Part shown: one piece after another, positions 1 to 13,000 of the stretch
How the letters are laid out: each line of letters opens with the position of its first letter
Numbering within the stretch: the first letter of the stretch is position 1
NCBI GenBank assembly: GCA_043228905.1
Contig: JBHGNT010000002.1
Coordinates: forward strand, 16,430,001-16,494,000
Source: Azolla caroliniana
Taxonomy: Eukaryota > Plantae > Polypodiophyta
Reading direction: 5' to 3'
Length of the DNA stretch: 64,000 nucleotides
The notes under the pieces: model-generated
The model's input: only the letters and a program-made list of their open reading frames with translations
Told to the model about the DNA's origin: nothing
Database searches by the model: none
Program-made: the position numbers and the translations under genes

Positions 1-1933
1 AAATACTCAAATTGTTGTCATGATGCATGCATAACTCATTAAATGGAATCTAGAGACAAACCGTGTTTAACGCGTTGTTGGTTTTGTGTGATGTTGATAT
101 GTTGAGCCTCACATTTTATTTTATTCATGATAAGATTAAGACTCGGCTTTTGTCATGGTTGCATAATTGAGGTTGTTGCTCTTCTTGGTTCCTTTCTAAG
201 GAACATTTATATGGAAGTCTTAAATAGTTGTTACCTTCTAGATTTGACTCTCAACTTTTTGAACGCAAGATCATACAAATGTTTTGTGCACAAAAAAGAG
301 TGCATTTTTCTATCGTTGTCATGTGGAAAAAACTCTATCGTCCCCCTACATTCCAAATTAAGCAGAAAAAATGATGGAAAATGCAAGATGCACTTACGTT
401 ATCATTGGTCATCTTTCATGCTACAATAAAGATAGTACCTCAAATTGCAAAGTGATGAAATGGAATAATACCACCATGGGATCAAAGGCAATTGTATTTT
501 TCAGCACACAATATCTAGGGATCCATGCAATGCAATTATAGCTAAATGATCTACTAATTCTACTAGAAGGCTCGAAATAGAAAATGAAAGTCGTAACTAT
601 TGTGTTCGATAGAAATGCCAAAACACAATAATGAACACCTTAATAAAACGTGTATGCTTTATGGAGCGATTGCACAAGTCATTAAAATGTCAACACACTA
701 GCATGCTTGCAAAATATTGAATGTTTCTTTTAGATAACACCAAACTCTCAACTATGATATAGAGCACAAGCTTTACCAACACAATATCATGCTTATATAT
801 TACTTGAGTGCTGCTTTTAGATAACGTCAAATTCTCGAGTGCGATGTATGAAAGCAATGCTTCCACATTGTGCTCAGGCATGTAAGGTTGTGTTTTCTTT
901 AACATATGCCTTTGAATAAGCAAAAAGACCAAGTTTGAATTCTAGTGCTTTCTTTACATGCAATTAAATCAATAGATCGAATACACTTGGTATTTCAAGA
1001 CAAAATGTTTCTTACAACGATCATTCCATACGTACTAAGAAATTGCTACAATAAATAATGAAGTTTCCTCTTCCAAACTAGGTGTGCATTAACACGTGAT
1101 ATTCTTCAACCAATTATCAAGTTGTTATTAGGGTTTAGGAAAAAAAAAACTTATTAATTGGCATAGCATGCAATAAGACTTAGAAAACACTCGAATATAC
1201 ACTAAATATATACTAATTTCACATATCAACAATATATTTTTGTCAAATTTTGCCCCCTTCATAAATATTTCCAACTCAAATGTTCAATACTTGGATTGAC
1301 TTGAAATTTTATTGAGTAGAGTCTCTTTTCTCACGAACACTACATTAGATTCTTGCCTTTGTAAAGAAAAGAAAATAACTATTCTGGTTTTGTAAAGAAA
1401 CTCATCGAGTAGTCATTAAAGTGAAACTATCAAACAATTTGAGGAACATATTGATCGAGGAAAAGAGATTCATAATCTATTATGGCCAACCATTAATATT
1501 GTTCATGTCATTAAGGGATAAGAAGGGTACACCATTATATTGGAGTCAAAATTCAAACTGTTTATTAAGAACAAGAGCTTGAGTAAATTTTTAGAGGTAC
1601 AATCGACCAAGGTAAAAAGAGACAAAGTCTGCCCTTACTTTGTTTGTACTGGGGAATGTTTCTTAAAAAGTGGTCCCTTTATTGAAGTGATTTGAAAAGG
1701 GTAAGAAAATAATGCATTTCCATTTGCCTCGGCACAATAAATAGTTAAAGGATGATCTTTCAATCACGTGGTTAACTTATGAGAAGTTATACAAACTCTA
1801 GTTCATCAAGGTTTCTTGATCGAATCTTGCTAGAATATAAATTTTATTGATTTCAACCATGAACCAAGCAAGCATATAAAGTTGTATGTTGGCTCAAAGG
1901 TGGTTTTCAATATATTAGAAAACAAAATGAATA

Positions 1934-1995
1934 CCACTTTGCAATATACGCAAATTACAATCCTCCACTTTGCAATATACGCAATTTACAATCCT
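1934..1995. repeat. 31-bp tandem duplication
   Basis: ccactttgcaatatacgcaa(a/t)ttacaatcct occurs twice head-to-tail with one mismatch. Confidence 0.9.
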
Positions 1996-4866
1996 TATGT
2001 CACCTCTAAAACCACAAAATGCCTTGATGCTTACAAAAGCATCAAATCGAATAACTCTCTTTGAGAGTCCCAAAGAGTCAAAGTAATTTAGAGCACAAAC
2101 ACTCAGATCGGAGTTTAGAAAAGTCCAAATCTTTATGGATCCAAATAGGAGGCATGGAGAATTGGACTTGGAGAAAAACAAAGCTCTTAACTCACCTTTT
2201 CTATTTAGTTTGTGTAAATGAGGGTGATATATATGTCTACAACATAGGTAGTTAAGGCTAATAATCAAGATATCGAAGGTGCAGGAATAAAAGTATAAAT
2301 ATAGACCAAACTAAGAATGTTTGTGATTTATTGGACATGTAATTCTTATTGTAGGAGTGTAGAAATAATGAGAAATATGATTCGACACATACGTAGGAGG
2401 CAAAAAACCCATGAAAACAACATGTAATGGTATTTGTGCTAAGCAAAGCAAATAGGAGAAACTAGTAGGTCCAACATCTTTGCTCTTATTGAAATGGGTA
2501 AATATATTTTTCCTTTCTAAAACTTGATTTTTCGACAAATGTATCAACATAAAGGTTGGTTGTGTTTCATGTTAAGCAGACCAAGGTCTCAAGGAGAACC
2601 TACTCCGGTGATCGTGCATTGATGGAGAGGATTCAGAACGTTAATTTACTTTGTCAGAAAATGTTGGGAAAATAAATAAAGGGCATTTTTTGCAATTTCT
2701 CAAGACTTGTGTTTTTTCTAAGTTTCTATTTTGTTTCTTTAATGAATTAAGTTATTTCGAGGACGTTTATTTTATTTAAAAAAAGGAAGAGAGGAACTCA
2801 GACAGAGAGGAACGTTCTTGTTTCCTTCCTTTTCTATCAAACAACGAAACAAACTATGTTTTCTTTCCTTCTTTTAGTGACCAAACTCAAAACTCCTCCA
2901 TTGTCTTATATATGTGTGTTTGTATGTATCTTTGCATTATTGACTCTTGAAGGGGGCCTTCCACATTAAACACAACATGACACATGTATGTGTGCTGATG
3001 TTTCCAATATACTGCAAAAGTAAGCCTCCTCCTTTTTTACTTCACTTTAAGACCTTTTTCTCTTTTTGGAAGGTTAATGTATTGATTCACTAGCTATCCT
3101 ATACAAGACATACATGAGCCAAAAAACATCCCCCACCACCTCCCTTACAAACTCTTTCACACATCTCTTATATATATATTTGTGTCATAATGGTATCTTT
3201 GGACATCTATGTGTGTGTGTTGTCATAATGATATCATGATCAAGACTTTGAGTGTCTATATAACTTTGAGAGAGATCTAGTGTTCTTCCTTTTCCTTGTT
3301 TGTGAGATTCACATGCATATTTTGTACCTTTCTCACCTTGAGAAAATCTTGACCTTTTTCATTGTAAGTAGCTTCTTCGTAACATAGTGCCTTCTTGTAG
3401 CCGAGATGCATACGGTGACTCTCTTTTTCCCGTAAATCAATGTTTGTTATTCAAACAAGATGATAATACAACCCTTTCTATCTTCACTACTTCATAAATA
3501 GTGATAGTGCCAGGGAAACCCTTTCAAGTGTTGTAAAACTATATGACATAAGTCTATCTCCTCTTGGGACAATGTCCCCATATAACATAGTTGTGAGAAT
3601 TGCCAAACCAACTTCCCTTTCGTCCTACAGAGTTGTTGTGTTACCCCATGAATTCTATCAAACAAGAACCCATTTCTCATGGTCCAATTAAACCACATCC
3701 CCCAATACTAAGGTAGTCAAACACAACCTTATATGATGGTGCGGACATAACTTGATCCTCATCAATAAAAACCCACTTATAAGGTGACAAAATATTTCAT
3801 GTTATCGATGCATCCTTCTTTATCTTTGCAATTGCAATGTATGCAAAGGTTAAGTTTCCCTCTTACAAAAATGCCTTGCTACTTTAGTATTTTGACCAAC
3901 AAATATTGACCTTGTGCCTAGTTCAACATGCTTGTGGCAAATAAAATTTCTAAGACATGTAGGAATTGAGTTGTCACGTGTCTCTACATAGGCAACGAAT
4001 GATGTAATAGAATAGTATTAATTTTGAATTGAAAAAAAACAACTACATATAAGTCAAAGACAACATACATTGGTATCTCAATTATCCTATAGAGTTTCGA
4101 GAAGCCATGTGATGAAGAGGCAACACATAAAAGGTGAAATTGACACCTTACCATCTCACATACTTGGAATTCCCTATGCAAATAACATCCTTAAGGTCTT
4201 CGAGTTGTGCATCAAATATGAAGGCCTTACATGCAATAACCCCCAATGCCTTAAGAACTCAAAAAAATGATGTGCGTTGTGAGAATGCTTACACTCCCAT
4301 CTTTATTTTGTCTTTTTCAAAATAAAGAAGGATCAACCAACTCAAAGTTCTAATCAAACCAAATGTCAATGAAGACTTCAGAACTAATTCATGACCATTT
4401 GGCAAGGACAAGCATAAGTGCATGGGTTGCAGCTAGTGTCATCCTTTAGATTAAAAACCTTGTACTACTCCGCTTGCCACCAAACAAGGTATGTTATGCT
4501 TTCGTGGCATAAGCATGTGATGTTGAATCCATCATACACTTATGTTGAGAGATTGTTGAATATTGAACAAATGAAATAAACTTTATTTTTTTATCATTTG
4601 TCATTGAAGTACTTGGTGTTATCAATGGAGTGTTGATTCAATTTATTTGCACCAAACACAACCCAAGAGAAAATTATATATAGTCTCACACACAATTTAG
4701 TGGCGATAAGCAATAATTGTTTGTATATGCATTAGGCTTCTTCAACTCATGAAATAAACTTGAACATCATTTATAGGAAACCCAATTGGGTCAAGAATAT
4801 AAAAATGAATAAGGGGGCATTATGTCCTCCACTAAGTCAATGGAGCTTATGAAGTACATGCCAACA

Positions 4867-5527
4867 TTTTTTTTCCCAAAAAAATGTTACCCATTAGATA
4901 GGAAGAAATATATGAGGTATCGTATGTACAATGGCCATGCCTCATACATAGCTCCGTGGCTTCGATTAACTATATGGACGGTGGGGGGATGTTGCATGGG
5001 GGTAGTGCTCAGTGGGAAGAGCCATTTCGGTGGGAGATAGCACCATTGTATATTGTCGCCTTGCAATCGCGGCATGAGAGTTCCACTTCATTTCAAAATG
5101 AAGGTTGCTCGTGCCTTGTATGTTGAGTCTGTTTCACCTTGAATATCTTCATATGACCCACAAAGGAAGGCAATGAGGTGATCCCAAAGTTCCACGATTA
5201 CCTCCACCGGCGGGATGTGCTTCCCTTGGAAGATCTTGTGGCACTAGTGCTTCCATATCTGCCGTGTTGTTAGACCTGCAAGTATGGTCCACAATGACTT
5301 CAACTCTGTTGACTTTGTTTGTGACTAGGATGGATAATCGGTCGTCCTAATAGTTCCTCGCTCTAGTTGCATGAGGGGCTTGATTCGTTGAATTAGGGAA
5401 ACCATGATTCCTGGTCCGTCGTGAGCCATTGGGTCGTCTTCCATATTTCATGTGTGTGTACGCTAGACCACAAGCAATCCTAAGATGATTCAGTCGCTTC
5501 CCCACACAAGCGGCAAGTTGGGTCCAC
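4867..5527 (-). mobile_element. Decayed 3' fragment of an L1-like LINE (same clade as 49794..53891)
   Basis: Minus strand reads ...PPVEVIVELWDHL...GSYEDIQGETD...IQWCYLPPKWLFP, aligning with the C-terminus of the 1307-aa ORF2 (HPVESTRNVWMEM...GQYEDIKGETD...PKWCFAPPVWLFP). A T-run at about 4867 is the likely poly(A). Stops are present and the 5' boundary is approximate. Confidence 0.75.
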
Positions 5528-8500
5528 AATAAAAAATAAAGTGATTATGATAAACATGCATTTGCTATATTGGAGGGGGTAGATCTTTCTCTCCACTCCA
5601 TTTATTTGGAAGTTGGAAGCTATATAGATTAATTTCTTTAAGTTTTTCCCTATTCAAATTCTCATGATCCCCTCGACCCCTTTCTAAATGGCTACGTTTC
5701 ACCGTTACAACCCTTGCTCTTTGTTTTCTTCTCACTTAAGTAAAATGTGCTTACTATGTAGGTGCTTCCAACAAGTGAACAAGATTTAGTTTGATTTACT
5801 TGGCATTTATTCAAATCCTTTGAGCTCCTCATTTTCATTGATAAAAACTTTGTATCTTCCAATATAATAGGTAAAACAAAATGTATAAATAGAACATCCA
5901 AGCCATAACCCATGTGGACAACTTGTATGTATTTGCTATATCATGTCATCGTGTACATAGCAAAAAGTGCAATGATTAATTGTACAATTGTGTGATTCAC
6001 CATCAACCCAAGGTTTGTGATGCTCATCTTTAATTTATTTTTTAAAATGAATGTAACGTTGCCATGTCTACCAATAATAACCTCAAAGTAACAAAATGAA
6101 CTTGAGTTGCTTGGATGTTTGTTTCCTAAGACATTTAAAGTTTTACAACATTTAGTTGATGGATGGTGCCATAGAATTACGATGGAAGTAACTTACAATT
6201 GTACTCAAATCTACAAGTCATTCTCCTATAGATTACATCTACCGAGCATTTATAAACTCTGTCTCAGACATGTATCCATCCATTTCAATGCAGGGACGAC
6301 CAAGTATAGAAAGGTGCAACAATCTTGTTGTCGATAACAAACCGTTGGTGGAAGAAAGGGGGGAGGGAGGGAGGGGGATAACCTATATGGATAAGACAAT
6401 AAGGACACCAACGACTAGTCGCCCTTTTACTATGGAGCTTTAAATGACAAAAGCTGTGAAAAATATGTATGTCTCATATTTTCTTTCTATTAGATCGAAT
6501 CACTTTCAAGATAAACAACAAGCTTACCATATATTTATGGGTGATGTTATGGAGCATTGCATCAAAAGTTGCAGTAGAAATATCAAAAATATATTCTGGA
6601 AATTCGTTCTAGACTTAACAATGCATTACTTGCTCAAGCACATTGTAAAAGCATGTCTTTATACAATACATAATATAAAAGAAACATGTGTTTATACAAA
6701 TGATTGTTGAATATATTCATGATGTTAGCCTTATTGAAATCATAAAAGTTCAAATATACAAACATGCTCAATAATGGTAACATTAAAGCGTGCATTCAAC
6801 AAGAGGGGTTTGATGTCACCATTATAAAAGCTCTTCATACATTTAGTTCGAAACCATGCACATTGCACAACATCCACTTTCTTCTAAAGTATAGATTTGC
6901 AACATTCAGAATTTCCACAACACAACGAGTGAAAAGGATACCATCATCCTTTCAAGTGTTAACAAACAAGTACTTGTTGATCGAGTGTACATACGAAAAC
7001 ATTTCATTTCATTTTGCAACATTTTCCCAAAGTTAACCACATTCTAAATATGTATTATGTCATACATACATACATATTATCTAGCTTGCAGTTGCAAGTT
7101 AAGACAATCACATATATCCTTTGCAACAATACATGTGATATAAAGTTTTACGCAAATTGGTGATCCGGACTCTATGATTCACAATGTGTTGTGAATATAA
7201 CTCTTCTAGGATTTCATAATATAGAATTATTTTGTAAAGAAACATTAAGGTTCTTATCGTTTAAATTTTCTTTTGCTTTCCTCTTATGTATCACTAGGCT
7301 CTTCCACAAAAAGAAAAAATCCACTCACATTATTATAGAATCAACTCTAAAGATCATGGCTATACATTTGGTGACATGTGTTTAAAGAGCAATAATGTTA
7401 TCTATCATCATAAAAACCAACACAAAGGCTTAGATACTCAAGGTATGGCATTTGAAAGTCACACTATATTGCGACAATATATCTAGTCTAAGCAAATGGA
7501 CAAATTCCATATGATTCCATGTCCTCATGTATGAATGTCTTTAGGCCACTTTATAGTTTGCGGGATGTTTGTGAGTTCCCACCTTTCAAATTTTTTGGTA
7601 CACCAACTTTTTATTCGTATTCGCGTGGACCACATTTTGGTGACATATGGCAATGATGGTAAAGTTGGGATGTGTGGTGACCATTATGCATCCACCCTTT
7701 GTGTTAGCTAAAGAGAAGCATAACACATGAACCTTGAAACTTGTGATTTCCAAGATTAGCATGAGGCTAAAAGAGGTTATCTCTAAAAGGAATTGTTAAT
7801 GGTTCGTTGAGTCTTGTCTTGTCTCGACTCTTGATTGTTTTTAGATGTTTTTTTCCACTTATATATTTATGTAACAATGATAATGTTTGCCTTCTGATCT
7901 TCAAATTGCACCCATCTTTGTTCACATACCCACATTGACAATAATTTCTAAACTTGTGCTCGAGTTGCTTACGTGTGTACTTCCCATCCTCACAATCGAA
8001 AATGGGCTTCTGAAATGTTCCTCCTACTAGAAAGTGCAAGATGACAATCATATTGTCTCCCTTCTGTGGGTGTGAGAAAGACACTATACAATAAGATTAC
8101 ACTGTCGGAATTATGGAAATTATTTGTGCACTGAAAGGTACTCGAAATACATTTAAGGTGTTTATGAGGATGATGAGCCATTAAATCTTATTGTGCATCA
8201 TTAACTTGTTATGTAAAGTGAAGACTCGTAGAACCTTTCCTACCCTTATATAAGTTTAGCATGCTAAATCAAGGCCTTTATCTACTTTTATTCTCCCTTC
8301 TATTGATAAAATACAACACAAATATTCCTATCATGGATTGCGCAGTGGTGGGCCCAATCTAATGTTGTATAATAGTGTTTCACATTGTCTTCCTATTTTA
8401 TCTTGCCTTTATTGCAATCAATAATTGATAACCTTCTTCTACAAATATTATCACCACCCCGTTTGATGTGTGTTATCTAGCGACATCCACCTCACCCCAT

Positions 8501-9335
8501 ACATGGAAGGATGTTTGTGTGTGTTTTCGGGGGAGGTTGCTCCATGCTCGTTGAAGCTAACAATCTCACTTGCTTTCGTTAGGCATGCCTCATAACTATG
8601 AGAGGTTGCACCTAACCTACAGAAGCTCCATGATGCGACCATTAAGTGCTAGAATAAGCTACAAAATATAGCTAATTAAATTTGAAAACATGTTCTAAAA
8701 TGCTAGTGTTGTACTCTTCAACTAACCCTCTCTTCCTTCAAGTTGAGGCCCATTGGGTAGCTAGAGGCATGGACGACACATTCAATATGCTCAACTCTTC
8801 GTTCGTGTGCTAGGTTTAAGATGCATGCAATACAACAAGGCTAACTATAGACTATCAACCATATGGTTGTGAACTAGAGTTTAGAGAGGGTAACTATATA
8901 TATTTGAAATTATAAGATGAAATCAAATGCGGGGAACAATCCATTAAGTTGCTTCACGTATGCAAATATGATGAGTGTGTGTTCTCAAGTATCTGATGCA
9001 TTTGGTATAGGGCATGTTGAGTATGAGATAATAACCTCATCATCTAAACTTACTCTTGGTGTGTGCATGTGCATGTGTTTATGTTTGATGTGACATACCA
9101 ATTAGAGTTGATTATGCTATCTAAAAAGAGTAGAATAGAAGAGGTTGCGAGCACGGATCTAGATCGAGATTGAATAGCATTCAAAGTGCTGATATGTCAA
9201 CTAGAGGAGGTACGTATGTGATGAGGAGTTAGTTGAGGAGCGAGGAAGAGAGGCACCGGCGTAAAGAAAACAGCATATATAGTGATGGCTTTTCTTCATT
9301 CCGAAGGTGTGACTAAATATAGTGGCATGGCAGTC

Positions 9336-9347
9336 CATGCATGCATG
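9336..9347. promoter_or_regulatory. RY/Sph-like element (CATGCATGCATG)
   Basis: Exact overlapping CATGCA motifs about 620 bp upstream of the ACR ATG. Function is inferred from the motif only. Confidence 0.45.
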
Positions 9348-9555
9348 CCGGTGGGCAGAAAAGAAAAAGAGACAGATCTACATACATACAATACATACGA
9401 TGTTGTTGTTATACATATATGTACATACATATATTGACATGCATATTTCTTTTGGAGGTGTAGGTGGGTGTGTGAGTAACGAAGTAAAGTAAGTAAGTAA
9501 GTAGTAGTGTTGTTGTCGGAGAAGGCAAATTGGTGCGTGAAGAAAGGCTGCGCTT

Positions 9556-9602
9556 ACGTGGCAGGAAGTGGGATATACGTGGCGAGATGGGCATGACGTG
9601 GC
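9556..9602 (+). promoter_or_regulatory. Cluster of three ABRE/G-box-type ACGTGGC elements
   Basis: ACGTGGC at 9556, 9577 and 9596 in the same orientation, 360-400 bp upstream of the ATG. Confidence 0.65.
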
Positions 9603-9735
9603 CGAAGGAGATTCGGTCGCGGGTGCCATCGTGGACCCTTTTAGGAAGGAAGGATGGGCCAAATCAAAACGAGGGGAGGGGGGGCCCTCCTCTCAATCAA
9701 CCAATCAAAAATAAACACGCAGGAGAGCGCGAAAA

Positions 9736-9857
9736 CATACACACACACACTCTCTCCCTCTCTCTACAGTCACACACACACACACACACTCAGAGAGAGA
9801 GAGAGAGAGAGAGAGACTCTGAGGCTGTCTCTACAAAGAAAAAAAGGAAGGAAAAAA

Positions 9858-9899
<42 letters not shown>

Positions 9900-10017
9900 A
9901 GCAGCAGCAGCTGAGAGAGAGAGAGAGAGGGCCCAAGTGAGAGAGAGTGTTAGCCATGGAAGCTTCGCCGCCTGAGTTCGATGAGTATCAGAAACTAGTA
10001 TGGAGGATGAATCCTCC

Positions 10018-10062
<45 letters not shown>
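9736..10062. repeat. (CA)n/(GA)n/(CT)n microsatellites in the ACR 5' region and at the start of intron 1
   Basis: Visible dinucleotide runs, typical of plant 5'UTR and first-intron GAGA tracts. Confidence 0.9.
9956..10020 (+). CDS. ACR: ACR exon 1 ([21 protein letters not shown])
   Basis: ATG in gccATGg context, GT donor at 10021, conserved EY.KL..RMNPPR motif. Confidence 0.88.
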
Positions 10063-10065
<3 letters not shown>

Positions 10066-13000
10066 GCTTTCTGTACATCTCCCTGCCATTCCATTGTAAC
10101 TTCTTTCTGTGTTTCTTTGTCGATTCAAAAGAAACAAGTTGACTCTCTCTCTCTCTTTCTCTATGTAATCTATATATACATATGTAATAATGTATGTATA
10201 TATCTCCTTCTGTTTAAACTAGAATCATCGTGTTTTGAGAGCGTAATGTTTCTCTATCTACACACACCTCTTTCTCTCTGTGCAAATCATTAGTCCTTGT
10301 GCTATTTTAAAAGTTTCGCCTGTTCCTCTATTGCCTCACTAAGTTTTTTCTGTAAATTTTTTGGCCTTCCTCAGAGTTGTGGTCGACAATAACACCTGCG
10401 AGAACGCTACTCTCTTCAAGGTAAATAAATATATACACATATACTACTGATGCATTTCTTTGCTTTTTTCCCTCTCATTATACACCTCATAAATCTGCAT
10501 TTCTTTGATTTCTTCTTCTTCTTCCATCTTCTTCTTGCACATCTCAAGCTATCTGGATTTATTTGCGTTCTTTCTTCTTCGTCGAATTTGTATATATCTC
10601 AAAGATAAAGCACTTCTTTGAGGTATTCTTCTTCCTGTTTCTTCATCTTAGATACCTCAAAGATATGCATTTCTTTCCTTTCTTTACCTTTACCTTCACC
10701 TTCTTTCTGAATGTATACCTCAAAGATTAACACTAAGTTATGTCTGTACTTAAAATTTCTTCTTCGTCCTATATACCTCAAAGATCTTTATTTATTTTGC
10801 TTTCTTCTTTCCTCCTTTCTTTTCATATGTCTCAAAGATAAGCCCTTATTTTCGTTCTTTCTTCTTCCTGTTCTTATCTACCTCTAAGATAAGCAGTTTG
10901 CTGTTTTCTTCCCTTTCTTTTTATATATCTCAAAGATAAACATTTCTTTGCTTTCTTGTTCTTCTTGACCTTACAAATCTCTTAGATCTGGATTTCTTTG
11001 ATTTTCTCCTCCTCCTCTTCCTCAGAATATATATAAGACCTCTACTTTTTTGCTTTCTTCTTTATTTTCCTTGTGCCTTGTGTCTGCTCCTCGTTCTCTC
11101 TCTCTCTCTCTCTCTCTCTTAGGTGGTTTTGCATTCTTTGTTGTTTAGCTTTTGTTTTTGAGCAGATTGACAGTGCAAACAGACACGGAATCCTTCTAGA
11201 AGTTGTGCAACTTCTTACTGATCTCGATCTCAACATCCACAAAGCTTACATATCGTCTGACGGGGGATGGTTTATGGATGGTAATTCTTTCGAAATGTTA
11301 GAGGTTTTTTACTTTTTTTTTGTTTTGTTTCTGCATTCTTTTATTTACCATAGCTTCTGCATGCTATAACTTTATCTTTCATATTCTATACATACTTCTC
11401 TGGTTTTCATTTGTGAGCTTTCACATTTATTTCATTATTTTCTGCTAGAAATGCAAAGAATATCTAAATAGTTGTTTCTCCTTTTGCAGTTTTCCATGTG
11501 ACTGACGCAGCTGGAAATAAAGTCACAAATCAAGAATCAATTGACTTTATTGAGAAGGTATCACATTTTCACTCTCCAGGTTCCTGAATGGTCTGCATCT
11601 TATGTATAATAAATTAATTTTGATAAATCTTTACTGATATATGATAATGAAGAGCATCGTCTGTCTGTATGTATACGTTTCTGCTTATCTTTATTACTGT
11701 TATGTATTTACTTATACACAGATAAGGGGAAAACACGAAAATTCTACCAACTTTCCAATTATTTATTACGAAAAAAATAAAAAAATTCCCAAGATGCCCT
11801 CATGCTAATATGCATTCCTAATTAATTAATTAATTAATTAAGACAAGAGACATTTTAGTGTTTTTCTTTATTATATATCAATGCGGTATCACACAGCTAC
11901 TCATCATTTTTGTTGTTTTTCCCTATATAGCCATTATGGTATTATATGAGCAAGGCTATTAGTCATCATTTTGTAGTTTTTCCTATATGTAACATCATTG
12001 TGATATTGTGCATGTTATTTGCATTAGTCACCATTTTAGTGTTTTTACCCTATATATAACATCATTGTGGTATTGCGTCGCATTGGTGTTAGTCACCAAT
12101 TCAGCATGTTTTATTATATATATTATTGTTGTGGTATTGTGCATAGTATTGAAATTTGTGTTGTTTTTATGCTATATATAATATCATTTGGATATTATGC
12201 TGATAATTGGCATTAGTGTTGGTTTCTGCTCACACACACACACACACACACACATATAACATCGTTATGGTATTGTACAGAGCATTGGCATTAGTCATGA
12301 GTATCCTCGAAGAGTTGGTGTCCAATCTGCTGCAGAACATACTGTGATAGAACTAACAGGAACTGATAGACCGGGGCTCATGTCTGAGATTTCTGCCCTC
12401 TTAACCGAAATGAGATGTAATGTTGTTGCTGCTGAGCTTTGGACTCATAACATGAGAGTTGCATGTCTCCTCTATATCACTGATGAGGTTAGCAATGGAC
12501 CCATAGAAGAGAGTGAACGATTAAACAGAATCAAGGAATCCTTGTGCAACGTATTGAGAGGAGATCAAAGCTCTAGAGGTGCAAAGACTGATTTTGCCAC
12601 AACTCTCACTCACACTGAGCGACGACTCCATCAGATGATGTTTGCCGATCGCGATTATGAAAGAGAGATTGATGACGAAATGTGGGATCTTGATGGGAAG
12701 ATTTCGGTTGAGGATTGTAACGATAAAGGCTATTCAGTTGTAAATGTGGAATGCAGAAACCGCCCGAAGCTTCTTTTCGATGCACTTTGCACTCTCACGG
12801 ATATGGAATATGTGATATTCCACGCAACCATCGATACTGATGGTCATAGAGCTTTTCAAGTATGTGGATGGATTATGTAGAAAAAATAGTGCATATTATC
12901 TTATGCTAATAACAGTAAAAAAAAAGAATCATCTAGTTTCTTATGTGTGCATTTTTTCCTGGTCAGGAATATTACATTCGCCATGTCGATGGAAGGACAC

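Noticed and set aside
3300-4560. Possible highly decayed LINE RT remnant (LPNGHEL..SSLTF on minus, LGIP on plus)
   Set aside because: Motifs are fragmentary and on inconsistent strands, so they cannot be supported without alignment
1-9300. Short AT-rich ORFs upstream of ACR
   Set aside because: No recognisable domains or coherent splice structure, apart from the LINE fragment at 4867-5527
9378-10293. ORFs with ER/LS runs around the ACR start
   Set aside because: They are GA/CT microsatellite artefacts; the real exon 1 is 9956-10020
10478-11005. CRISPR-like repeat-spacer array
   Set aside because: It lies in a plant spliceosomal intron, the cores are short and degenerate, the spacers are mutually similar pyrimidine tracts, and there are no cas genes
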